DNA from: Paraspadella gotoi
Taxonomy: Eukaryota; Animalia; Chaetognatha
Assembly: GCA_051294375.1 (NCBI GenBank)
Contig: CM119270.1
Location: forward strand, 322,713 to 386,712
Direction: 5' to 3'
DNA: 64,000 nucleotides
Of this stretch, positions 1 to 10,255 are shown one piece after another (position 1 is the stretch's first letter; the number at the start of each line of letters is the position of its first letter). The notes under the pieces are model-generated. The model was not told the origin of the DNA, made no database searches, and was given only the letters and a program-made list of their open reading frames with translations. The position numbers and the translations under genes are program-made.

Positions 1-595
1 TAAATGTCAAATAAGAAAATACAACTTGAACAGGATCGTAAAATCATTCAAAGTTAAATATATTACGTTATTTGAATTAAATCTAGTTAATATTTTTTAA
101 TGAAGTTTCTTACATTTGAATTTAAAAAAATAATTAGAAAGATTTGTATTTGGGATATGAAATAATATTTTGAAAAGTTTGAAATTAGATTCGACAACGA
201 TTTTATTTTTTACATAGAAAAAACCGGACATGTTTCGGCTTTCAGTGCAAATTTGTTTTTTTTATATAAAATTAGAATTGGAATTATTTAATCAACGTAT
301 CGACACCGCCGCCGTTGCAGCTGTTACTTATCATGACCTTTAATTGTCACTTCGAAATGTAGTAGTAAGGGCCTTTTTATTTTAGCTTGGGGCGTTTTCT
401 TTTTGTTTTTTATTACTAATCTCATTTATGTTTCTTATGTCGCTTTCAACTTAAAACTCCTTCAAAATCTTTTGTTTATGAAGTTTCTGATACTCGACGT
501 CAGTTGTCGCTTCATTTCGAGGAATTAAAAAAAGGCAAACATTTTCTTCAACTTTAAAAAGTATAGATATTCGGCCTTTATAACTCACTTTATAA

Positions 596-1104
596 ATGAG
601 TAAGAAAGATAAAAATCCTCTGAAGGTGAGGCTTGCCTAAGTGCCTTACCATTTATCTCGTCTCGTCATAGGACGTAGCTGATGCTGCGTCTGAATCGGC
701 TGCGGATGCAGGGGCGAGCAGAGTTAGTCTGGGACGAAAGAAGCGCGAATTGACGGAAGCAGCTAAAACCCGGTCCGACATTTCATTAGGAAATTGAAAG
801 AAGAATAATGAAAGAAAAAGAAATTTTGAATGAATTTAACATTCATAATTAGTATTAACCAAGCGCTCGTATTACACTTGTATAATAAAGTATTTTTGAC
901 ATTACTAACTCTTGTACGTCATTTTGGCATTTTGCTCAAGAATAGAAAAAGACTTAGCATTAACATTATCGAGCATCCTCTTTTCCTACCCAATGGTTTC
1001 GGGTTCGCGCCCCATTAGTGTCAATGTTACTAATCGGGTTTGAACTTTTAACCTGCCTGTAGTTGAGGATTACAGTTCTGCAGTTATTGGCCGCTGTTCG
1101 TCCA
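596..1104 (+). CDS. Candidate small exons of an unidentified plus-strand gene (596-625, 672-772, 946-994, 1063-1104)
   Basis: Donors AAG|GTGAGG (626) and A|GTAAGG (1105), acceptors CATAG| (671) and CCTGTAG| (1062), branch-point-like TACTAAC (903-909) and TACTAAT (~1028). A phase-compatible join reads MSKKDKNPLKDVADAASESAADAGASRVSLGRKKRELTEAAKTRKRLSINIIEHPLFLPNVEDYSSAVIGRCSS. Two donors are weak and one intron is only 46 nt. Confidence 0.28.
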
Positions 1105-1249
1105 GTAAGGAGCTATACATTTTAAGTAATAAGGTAAATCAAAGGTAATGCAGTAATTCATACTTTACTTTATTTTATATCACAACTGAATTATTCAAAA
1201 TAAAAGAGGCAATAATTACAAGGAGTCCTGTTACGTGACAAGGGGAGCC

Positions 1250-1545
1250 TTCACGTGATTGGCGGCGTCTGTCACGTGACTATAGGCGCCATCACCCGAT
1301 GGGCGGCGTCTGTCACGTGACTAGGTGGCGCCCTCACCCGCGATGGGCGGACTCTGTCATCGTGACTAGTGGCGCCATCACCGATGGGCGGCGTCTGTGT
1401 CACGTGACTAAGTGGCGCCATCACCCGATGGGCGGCGTCTGTCACGTGACTAGTGGACGCCATCACCCGATGGGAGGCGTCTGTCACGTGACTAGTGGCG
1501 CCATCACCGATGGGCGGCGTCTGTCACGTGACTAGTGGCGCCTAC
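1250..1545. repeat. GC-rich minisatellite, ~41-bp unit, about 7 copies
   Basis: Unit GGCGGCGTCTGTCACGTGACTAGTGGCGCCATCACCCGATG repeated head-to-tail with small indels and no unique spacers. Confidence 0.92.
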
Positions 1546-2229
1546 GGCTAACGCGAATTTTTTCCTTTTGATCGGATTCAACGACTCGAGGTTCGCCTTT
1601 CGGAGGTTGAAATTCAATCCCAATGAGGAGAGAGCGACATGAGATGAGAGAGAGAGAGAGAGAGAGAAGACGAGAGAGGAGAGAGAGAGAGACGGTGTAC
1701 GTCCTCGCCATAAATTTGTATCTAGTTTCACTAAGAACAATATAGTTTTTTGTGAGGAATTATGTGTGAGAGACTTTCTTGGAGACGATGATAACGACAA
1801 CAACAAGAATAGAATAGAGATGACATGGACGAAAAAAAATTAACAACAACAAACTAGAGGGAAGTTATGAGCGATCTCTCTCTCTCTCTCTCTCTCTCTC
1901 TAGGAGGAGAGAGGGAAAGTGAAGGAAAAGAAAGCGAAGAAGGAAGAAGAAGAAGAAAGGAGGAAGTGAGATAAGAAGGAATGAGAGGTTTTTTTTAGTA
2001 AGAGGTTGAGGAAAAAAAGAGAAAAAAAAGGAAGGAAACGGAGGAAGGAAAAAGAAACAAAGCAATGAGAAAGAAGGAGGAAGGAGGAAGAAGGAAATAG
2101 GAGGAAAGGAGGAAGGGAAAGGCAGGGGAAAAGAGGAGAAGGCGAGGAAGAACAGAGGTTAAAAAGAGAAAAGGAATTAGAGGCGAGAAAGTCGAAGGAA
2201 GCCATTAAAAAGAAAAGGCTGAGGAAGCG

Positions 2230-4450
2230 AGAGAAGAAAGAAGAGATGAAGCATAGTGAAAGGGCGGAAGGGAGGGAGGAAGAGCAAGACTAAGAGGGGT
2301 AAAGGATGAAACAGGTATTAGAGGGACGGATAAAGGCGGAAGCCCAATCTTAAAAGAAAGCGGCGAGCGAAAGAAGAAGAGCAATGATAGCGAAAGGCGC
2401 GGAATGGAGCAGGGAGGAAGGAGAAAGAACGAGAGGTTAAAGAGCCAGAAAAAGGATTAGAGGGAGGAAAGGAGGGAGGAAGCAGTAAAAAAGCAGAAAC
2501 AGGGAGTAGGAAGCAAGAAAGAAGAGGAACGGATCAACAATGACGAGATAATAAAAGCTCGATGGTTGAGATCCGACGATTTTATGAGCTGTAAGGAAGC
2601 GATTAACAGGAGGAGCGATCAGAAAGAGCAAAGATAGATCCTATTGAAGGAGCATATTACTCTGGTACTTTGGAGATGATAAGCGAAGAGCAAAGAGAGA
2701 TCCTATTGAAAGGAGCTTATTTTTGTACTATTGGAGCGATAAGAAGATTCAATTGACAAATTATTATAGTGATTAAAAAAGCAAAAAAAGGTAAATTCAT
2801 CAATAAGCAGTGATATGTTGATTAATATGAGCCAATACAGTGAAATAGTCAACGTATTTGACGAGAGCTGATCTCTGAATTAGTGCGAGCGATTTATTAA
2901 TGTGGGGGCGGAGATGAGTTAAAGTCCCTCAAAGCAGATGAGAGGGCTAAGGTGCCGAGTTTAAGGAAAGAAATGTAAGGTGAGTTCAATGAGAATTTTT
3001 TTGTTCTTTCTTTTCGATTCCAGTAATTAGGGTCAAAAGCTTTTTTTTTTCTCTAAATAGACGATAATGACGCTAAATGATGAGGGAGGGAAAATAGAGT
3101 CGGAAGCAGCGATTGAAAGAGAGAGATATGACAGAGACAGAAAAAAGGAGAAAAGGAGAGACGAGACAATTGAAGGAAAGCAATAACAAGAAAGTAGGTT
3201 ATAGTTCCTAAGAAACAAGACAAAGATGAATGATGGACGAGAAGTGAAGAGAGAGAGCAGAGAGAAGCAGGACTGAGAGACGAGCAGAGAGACGAGACGA
3301 GAGCATCGCCTTCATAACTTTCAACGAGGGTAATGAAGAGAGAGAGAGATGAGAGACGAGAGGAGAAAGAAGAGAGAGAGAGGAGAGAGAGATCGCAGAT
3401 GNNNNNNNNNNNNNNNNNNNNNNNNNTCTCTCTCTCTCTCCTTCCTCGTTGAAAGGGACTTCCGTCCATCCATTCATTTTGTCTTTTCTTAGGACTTAAC
3501 CTACTTTCTTGTTATTTGCTTTCCTTCAATTGTCTCTCTCTCTCTTTCTCATTTTCTGTCTCTGTCTCTCTCTCTCTTTCAATCGCTCTCTCTTTTTCCC
3601 TCCCTCTCATTTACGTCATTATCGTCTATTTCAGAGAAAAAAAAAGCTTTTGACCCTAATTACTGCAAATCGAAAAGAAAGAACAAAAAAATTCATCATT
3701 GAACTCACCTTACCTTTCTTTTCCTTAAACTCGGCACCTTACCCTCCTCTGCTTTGAGGGCTTTAACTCATCTCCCGCCCCACATTAATAAATCGCTCCA
3801 CTAATTCAGAGATCGCTCTCTCAATACGTTGACTTTTCACTGTATTGCTCATTTAATCAACATATCACTCTTTTGATAATTTACCTTTTTTTGCTTTTTT
3901 AATCACTATAATAATTTTCAAATTGATCTTCTTATCGCTCCAATAGTACAAAAATAACTCCTTCAATAGGATCTCTCTTTGCTCTTCTTATCTCTCCAAT
4001 AGTACAGAAATAGCTCCTTCAATAGGATCTATCTTTGCTCTTCTGATCGCTCCTGTAATCGCTCCTTCAGCTCATAAATCGTTCGGATCTCAACCCACAG
4101 ACTTTAATTATCTCTCATTGTTGATCCGTTCCTCTTCTTTCTTCTTCCTCCCTTTTCTTTTATGCTTCCTCCTTTCCTCCCTCTAATCCTTTTCTCTTTA
4201 CCTCTCTTCTTCTCCTTCCTCCCTCCCTTCCCCCTTTCCTATCTTCTCTTCTCCTTCCTCCCTTTTCTTTTATGCTTCCTCGTTTTCACTCAGCCTCTAA
4301 TATCCTTATTCTCTTTACGCTGGCTTCTCTATCTCCTTTCCTCCCCTCCCTTCCCCCTTCATCCTATTCTTCTGCCTTGCTCCTTCCTGCCCTTTTTCTT
4401 TATGCTTCCATCCTTGTTCCTCCCTCTAATCCTTTTCTCGTATTACCGTT
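2230..4450. repeat. ~1-kb-arm inverted duplication centred on a 25-N gap (probable assembly artefact)
   Basis: 3001-3080 (..cagtaattagggtcaaaagcttttt..) is the reverse complement of ~3610-3690, and 2500-2560 of ~4090-4160. Symmetry is centred at gap 3402-3426, and the arms differ mostly by single-base indels. Confidence 0.85.
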
Positions 4451-4783
4451 CTGTTTTTATCCTTCCTCCCTTCCTTACGCTCCTTTCCTCGGCTCGTTTC
4501 TCTTCTTTGCCTTCCTCACTTCTTTCTCATTTTCCTTCCTCCTTCTTCCTATTCCTTTTTTTCCATCCTCTTTACCAGTGCTCTTCTTGCTTCGCTGTCC
4601 TGCCCCTTTCTTCCTCTTTCCTACTCCTTGCCTGCTCTGCTCACCATTCTCTTCCGGCTTCTCCTTCTTATCCTGTTGCTCTCCTTTCCTTCCTCCTCTT
4701 CTCTTTTCTCCCTTTCCTCCTTTTCTTTCCTCCATCCTCTGGGATTCACAAGAGGAGAGATAATTCGTAAATCCGATTCACAG

Positions 4784-5245
4784 TTCCAACTTTCGCTCGA
4801 GTTGTTCGTGAGTTGTGACTCTGTTGATTCCGAAGCTTGGATGCACCCGAGCTGCTACAGGGTGAGGGACATTGACCGCCTTTTGAAATAATTTAAGTTT
4901 TTGATATATTTCAATCGAATTAGGAATCAAAATGGTAATTTAGAGTTTGTAATATTATTTTTTTATTTCTTATACCCAGGTTTAAACATTTTTATTTATT
5001 TAATTTTCTGCTCTCCTCTTTGTTAAATACAAAGGTTTGTTAAAAAACTTTTCGATATCTTTTAGCTATTTTCTTACCCAGTATTTTTTTCTTATTTGTC
5101 TTATTGAATTGTTATTTTCTATTAATTCTATTTCTTAATCTACTATTTAGTTTTTATATAATTCTTTTAAAAAAATTATCTTTCTTTTTTTTTTATTCTA
5201 GTCACAATTTTTCATGAGATTCATCTGCCTCTACTTTGAGTGTAA

Positions 5246-5250
<5 letters not shown>
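4784..5250 (+). CDS. Candidate exons 4784-4861 and 5202-~5250, degenerate C4HC3 (PHD/RING-like) finger-like peptide
   Basis: TTCACAG|...AGG|GTGAGG bounds FQLSLELFVSCDSVDSEAWMHPSCYR. A strong poly-T acceptor TTCTAG| at 5201 continues in phase with SQFFMRFICLYFECN. A WxHxxC motif is present, but several expected Cys are missing. Confidence 0.27.
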
Positions 5251-5280
<30 letters not shown>

Positions 5281-7170
5281 NNNNNNNNNNNNNNNNNNNN
5301 NNNNNNNNNNNNNNNNNNNNNNNNNNNNNNNNNNNNNNNNNNNNNNNNNNNNNNNNNNNNNNNNNNNNNNNNNNNNNNNNNNNNNNNNNNNNNNNNNNNN
5401 NNNNNNNNNNNNNNNNNNNNNNNNNNNNNNNNNNNNNNNNNNNNNNNNNNNNNNNNNNNNNNNNNNNNNNNNNNNNNNNNNNNNNNNNNNNNNNNNNNNN
5501 NNNNNNNNNNNNNNNNNNNNNNNNNNNNNNNNNNNNNNNNNNNNNNNNNNNNNNNNNNNNNNNNNNNNNNNNNNNNNNNNNNNNNNNNNNNNNNNNNNNN
5601 NNNNNNNNNNNNNNNNNNNNNNNNNNNNNNNNNNNNNNNNNNNNNNNNNNNNNNNNNNNNNNNNNNNNNNNNNNNNNNNNNNNNNNNNNNNNNNNNNNNN
5701 NNNNNNNNNNNNNNNNNNNNNNNNNNNNNNNNNNNNNNNNNNNNNNNNNNNNNNNNNNNNNNNNNNNNNNNNNNNNNNNNNNNNNNNNNNNNNNNNNNNN
5801 NNNNNNNNNNNNNNNNNNNNNNNNNNNNNNNNNNNNNNNNNNNNNNNNNNNNNNNNNNNNNNNNNNNNNNNNNNNNNNNNNNNNNNNNNNNNNNNNNNNN
5901 NNNNNNNNNNNNNNNNNNNNNNNNNNNNNNNNNNNNNNNNNNNNNNNNNNNNNNNNNNNNNNNNNNNNNNNNNNNNNNNNNNNNNNNNNNNNNNNNNNNN
6001 NNNNNNNNNNNNNNNNNNNNNNNNNNNNNNNNNNNNNNNNNNNNNNNNNNNNNNNNNNNNNNNNNNNNNNNNNNNNNNNNNNNNNNNNNNNNNNNNNNNN
6101 NNNNNNNNNNNNNNNNNNNNNNNNNNNNNNNNNNNNNNNNNNNNNNNNNNNNNNNNNNNNNNNNNNNNNNNNNNNNNNNNNNNNNNNNNNNNNNNNNNNN
6201 NNNNNNNNNNNNNNNNNNNNNNNNNNNNNNNNNNNNNNNNNNNNNNNNNNGAGGAGAATAATTCCAACGACGATTTTGTGGAAGGAGGCAAATCGGAGTA
6301 ATTTGGGTCACTAGAAGGAAAAGGAGAACGTAGAGGGAAGGAGGAAGAGGAGAGGATGAAAGAGGATAAGGAGGAGGGAGGAGAAAGAAGGACGAAAGAA
6401 GGGCAGTAGATAAATGGAATCACAAATAAAGGGAAAGAAATTCATAAACTTGAGAGACGAACAGGCGTTTGCGCGAGAAGAAGAGAGAGAGAAGAGAGAG
6501 AGCAGAGAGAGAGAGAGAGAGAGAGACTGTGGTAAAGGGCGAAAAGAATAAAGATCCAGGGGTGATTTGAATGATTATTTTTATGATAATGATTTTGTCA
6601 TATTATTATATTGTGATCTCATAAAATTGTTAAATCATCCATTAATTAAGTCAACAACCTAACCTAACTGTCTTGTTAAGTCCATAAATCCTCTTATCAG
6701 ATAATAACATAGCAAGGCCCTGCATGCCTTTTATTAATGTTATATGATAATGGTACTCCCTGATATATGTACATAATTAACGTTTTGTAGTGAATGCTTG
6801 ATTTTTTTTCGTCAAACCTGAGCCCCTGTTCATAACCAGGAAAGTCAAAAAAGGTGAGGCTATAAAAAATGATGAATTAATGATAAAACCAGGAATAATG
6901 ATTTATTTATGATGAGAATGGGGTTAAGGAGAAAATAAAGAAGGTTATAAAAATGCATAATTGAATGAAGAAGGTGATAAAAAAGGCGGGAATGAGCGAA
7001 TGAGTTAGATGATTCGAGATGAATGTTAAATGAACATGCGATGAATGTGAGACGTTTGTGAAATGTCTGGGGGTGTAATCGGTGATGTGAATACTCATTC
7101 GTGAAGATATTCCGAATCCTAGATTCGTAGAAGAAAATGGTGAGCGAAATAAGAGGGTCGTCACCTATTG

Positions 7171-7206
<36 letters not shown>

Positions 7207-7409
7207 TACTCTGCCAGGGTCATGTACTGTTCAATTCAATTCAATTCACTCTCTTTCTCTCAGAAGTGAACCAAATTGTGTATTAGAGTGATGTGAAAAT
7301 GATAAAATTTTAGGAAAATTAAATTTAGCATATAAAACATAAAATAAAAACCAATAAAAATACTTTTGGTAAATTTATTTTTTAATTTTTTATACATTAG
7401 TGGGCACCA

Positions 7410-7800
7410 GTGAGCTATATATAATTTTTTAATTATTTATGTATAATAATAAGTATTAATAAGCTAAAATTTCAAATTGCAAATTTTAAATTTTAAGATC
7501 GGATTTGGATTTTTTGCAAAAAGTTTGATATAAGAAAGTATAATTCTTTTTTAAAAATTCTTTCATTAAGTTGGTTAAAAATGTAAAAAAATATATTTAA
7601 GACAAAGATTTTCAATTTCGAACTTAAAAATATATTTTTTTTTATAATTTTAACCTATTTAATGACATAATTTTTAAAAAAGATCTATATTTTCTTTTAT
7701 CAACTTTTAACGGAGAATCTGAATCTGTTCTCAGAATTTAAAAAAACATTTTTGAAATTTTACATTATATAAGTAGTATATATACAAAATAAGCTGACTT
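7410..7800. mobile_element. AT-rich foldback/MITE-like element with long imperfect inverted arms
   Basis: aaattttaagatcggatttggattttttgcaaaaagtttgatataagaaagtataattcttttttaaaaatt (~7490-7560) mirrors 7668-7740. tcattaagttggttaaaaat mirrors attttaacctatttaatga. Centre ~7610. Confidence 0.65.
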
Positions 7801-8128
7801 GTAAAAAAAAGAAAAATAATTATAGATTAGTATTCATTTATATGATAGTTTTCAAGATATAACTGCTAAATATTGATTCCAAACTTTCACTTCATCCTAT
7901 TGTGTATCTCTGGGCGGATTTTTGTTATTGGCTCAGAAACTGACTAAATCTTTTTTCAAAACTATTACTAAAATGAGGAGACAATTCGAAAAAAAAGTCA
8001 TTTTTTTTAGTGAATCATAACACAATTTTTTTTTTACTTTCTTATAATTACCCGGATTATTAAATCGTAAAACAGACATAGTTTGTGACAAAAAATTACC
8101 TACATTAAATAAATTTAACATTTTTGAA

Positions 8129-8251
8129 TCAAAGTGGAATCCAGGGCAAATCTTCATCCCCGATTTCTCTGCAAGATCCTCCTCGCAAAGCATAACCGCT
8201 GCAGCAGCCGAGTCCGTTGCCGCAGGGTTGACCGTCGGAGCCGCATTGACG
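8129..8251 (-). CDS. Exon 2 (mature cysteine-rich peptide) of the ICK/knottin-like precursor
   Basis: Polypyrimidine acceptor TCTTTTCTCTCCAG|C, phase 0 matching exon 1. Reads RQCGSDGQPCGNGLGCCSGYALRGGSCREIGDEDLPWIPL* (TGA 8131-8129). C-x6-C-x5-CC spacing, GC-rich island with G/C-ending codons inside AT-rich flanks. Splicing creates a KKR processing site before Q. Confidence 0.82.
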   Translation of the reverse strand, partial: RQCGSDGQPCGNGLGCCSGYALRGGSCREIGDEDLPWIPL

Positions 8252-8396
8252 CTGGAGAGAAAAGATATCACGTCGGCTTGAGCTTCTCTCTTTGCTCTAT
8301 ATTCCGAAAGCGTCTATTTTTTTTGTTGTTTTTTTTATTCACGATCTTAACGATCTCTACACAATCTGAAATCTCAAAGTCAAAACCCTGATACCT

Positions 8397-8605
8397 GCTT
8401 AAATCTTTATATCAATCTTTAAATCTCTTAATCTTTAATCTTATATCTTTAAATCTTTAAATCTTTAATCTTTAAATCTTAATCTTTATATCTTATATCT
8501 TTAAATCTTTAAATCTTAAATCTTTAATCTTAAATTTATCTTTAAAATCTTTAAATCTTTAATTAATCTTTATATCTTTAAATCTTTAAATATTTAAATC
8601 TTAAG
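8397..8605. repeat. Degenerate (TAAATCTT)n minisatellite in the knottin intron
   Basis: Continuous run of 6-9 bp TAAATCTT/TATATCTT variants. Confidence 0.9.
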
Positions 8606-8700
8606 TTTAAGAACCAATTAAATTCTGAATTTCGTACTTTGAAAAAAAGGGCCTTCTCTTTTCATGAAATTGTTACAACCAATATAAAAATTATCTATTT

Positions 8701-8942
8701 TGTAGATAAGGCACGAAATAGGCTGAACACTACTATCCGTAACTTCTGTGCCCCCTCAGCAATATGGAACGGGTCCTGGCATGGACCAGGCTTGAGGGTT
8801 TATTCAGGTCCCCATGGCGGTTTACGGCCGTCCTCACGCTTCCCGCAGGGTAGGTAACGGGTTCAATCCCAGTGGTCATGAGCTGATGGATTTACTTAAT
8901 GAGCCACCGGATCGGGGTGAACTTATGCAATGCACGACTACA
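8701..8942. mobile_element. 242-bp insertion with TGTAG...CTACA termini and 5-bp target duplication (solo-LTR/TRIM-like)
   Basis: Flanked by TATTT/TATTC. It interrupts a dispersed repeat whose uninterrupted form (acaaccaatataaaaattatccattcatttaataaat..tatcttgccc) is seen at ~53285-53345 and ~55860-55915 (minus) and ~11520-11570. Confidence 0.65.
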
Positions 8943-9619
8943 TATTCATTTAATAAATGAGCTATCTTGCCCCTGATTTTAATTGGACAGACTTTGTTGG
9001 TTTTAGGTCTCCATCACTCTTACAAGTAATGATATTGTTTTTTTTTTTTTTAAATTTTCCAAAATTTAAAGTAACTATGTTTTTAGCTATAATTGATTAT
9101 TAATATCTATCAATATTTACTTTGAATGCCTTTTGTGGCTTTAAATCTTCAATTTCTTTTTCGAGTAACAAACGAAGTAAGGATCTTCTTAACTCGCGAC
9201 TCTCCTCTTTTTCTTCTTTCTCCTGAATTTAAAAAAAAACATTTTTTAGTTAAGTTGATTGTACTCGCTGAGATACTTTTCGGTCGGTCGGTATGTCTAT
9301 CTATTGGTCCTCTCGGCTTATGTTTTCAAAGCTCATTACTTTGGGATTACTGGATCGATATAAATAATAATTTTATACATAAAGGTATGATAGGAGGCTC
9401 AATAAAGCTTTTTTCATATAATATTTAGTTTATTCTGTATTTTATTCTTGTATTGTCGCATGATTATCTAAAAATGCTTTTTAAAAAAATCACTTTTTGC
9501 AGTGCAACAATTTAAACTTGCCGATTCTGGTTTCCAAAGTTATTACTTTTTAGTGCCAATTGCATTGTTATTGGAAAATAATATCTGTATATTTAAATGA
9601 TATTATATATAATACTTAC

Positions 9620-9688
9620 TTTTTTTATCTCTCTTGCTTGAGCTGCTACCACAAAGACAGCAATGGTAACAAATACAAGAAGCTTCAT
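9620..9688 (-). CDS. Exon 1 (signal peptide plus short propeptide) of a secreted ICK/knottin-like peptide precursor
   Basis: Minus strand ATG at 9688 reads MKLLVFVTIAVFVVAAQAREIKK: basic N-region, hydrophobic core and an AQA cleavage-type motif. It ends in phase 0 at a consensus donor AAA|GTAAGT (9619-9614). Confidence 0.85.
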
Positions 9689-9704
9689 TTTCTTATTGAT
9701 TCGT

Positions 9705-9741
9705 GTTGTGATGTCTAAAGTTTTTGATTAAATTATTTATA
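9705..9741 (-). promoter_or_regulatory. Core promoter of the knottin-like gene (TATA box plus initiator-like element)
   Basis: Minus strand TATAAA at 9741-9736. A TCA initiator-like site has its A at 9709, 32 nt downstream of the TATA start and 21 nt before the ATG. Confidence 0.55.
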
Positions 9742-10255
9742 ATTAGGATCAATATGAAGGTGAGAAAATTAAAATGTTTTCTACTACTTTATCAAAAAAT
9801 TAACACAAATAATCTTTTAATTATTCATTTTAAAAAATTGTTTTCATTTAACACTAACCTGTAGAAAACCTTTTAGCGATCCAATAAAATTATTTTTATG
9901 GAATCAAATAAAAGTTTTTGTAGAAAAGAAAAATGATTTTTCCAATTTAGTTTTCACCTTTTTATAGACAGTCAAGAGTTGAGGTCAGGTTTTTAAGTCA
10001 CGTTCTGGTTTTCGTGTGTCACGTTGGGGATAAAACCGTTGTTCAAGACTAGAAATGATTGATGGAAATGAATCTGGCCGAGATTGAAAGTGGTTAAACC
10101 TGGGAAACTGTAATTAATTCAAAATGCATCAAGAATTAATTTTCTCGACTTTTTCGAGAACGTCTTTGACTTATAATGTTTTAAAACTTCAAACTACTAA
10201 TCAACTTATTAATATTATATACATTGTATAAATTGAATATAGAGCTTGGCTTGAG

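Noticed and set aside
1250-1545. CRISPR-like array (also considered for 14797-15110)
   Set aside because: Units are contiguous with no unique spacers, there are no cas genes, and the context is eukaryotic.
5202-6423. Long ORFs of 340-400 aa (also near 12971, 14286, 43218, 44330, 47000)
   Set aside because: They are open only because they run through N gaps.
7933-8271. 112-aa ORF-track call over the knottin exon
   Set aside because: Probably the wrong frame: codon bias, splice phase and Cys pattern favour the frame starting at 8251 (only relevant if a 1-nt indel is real).
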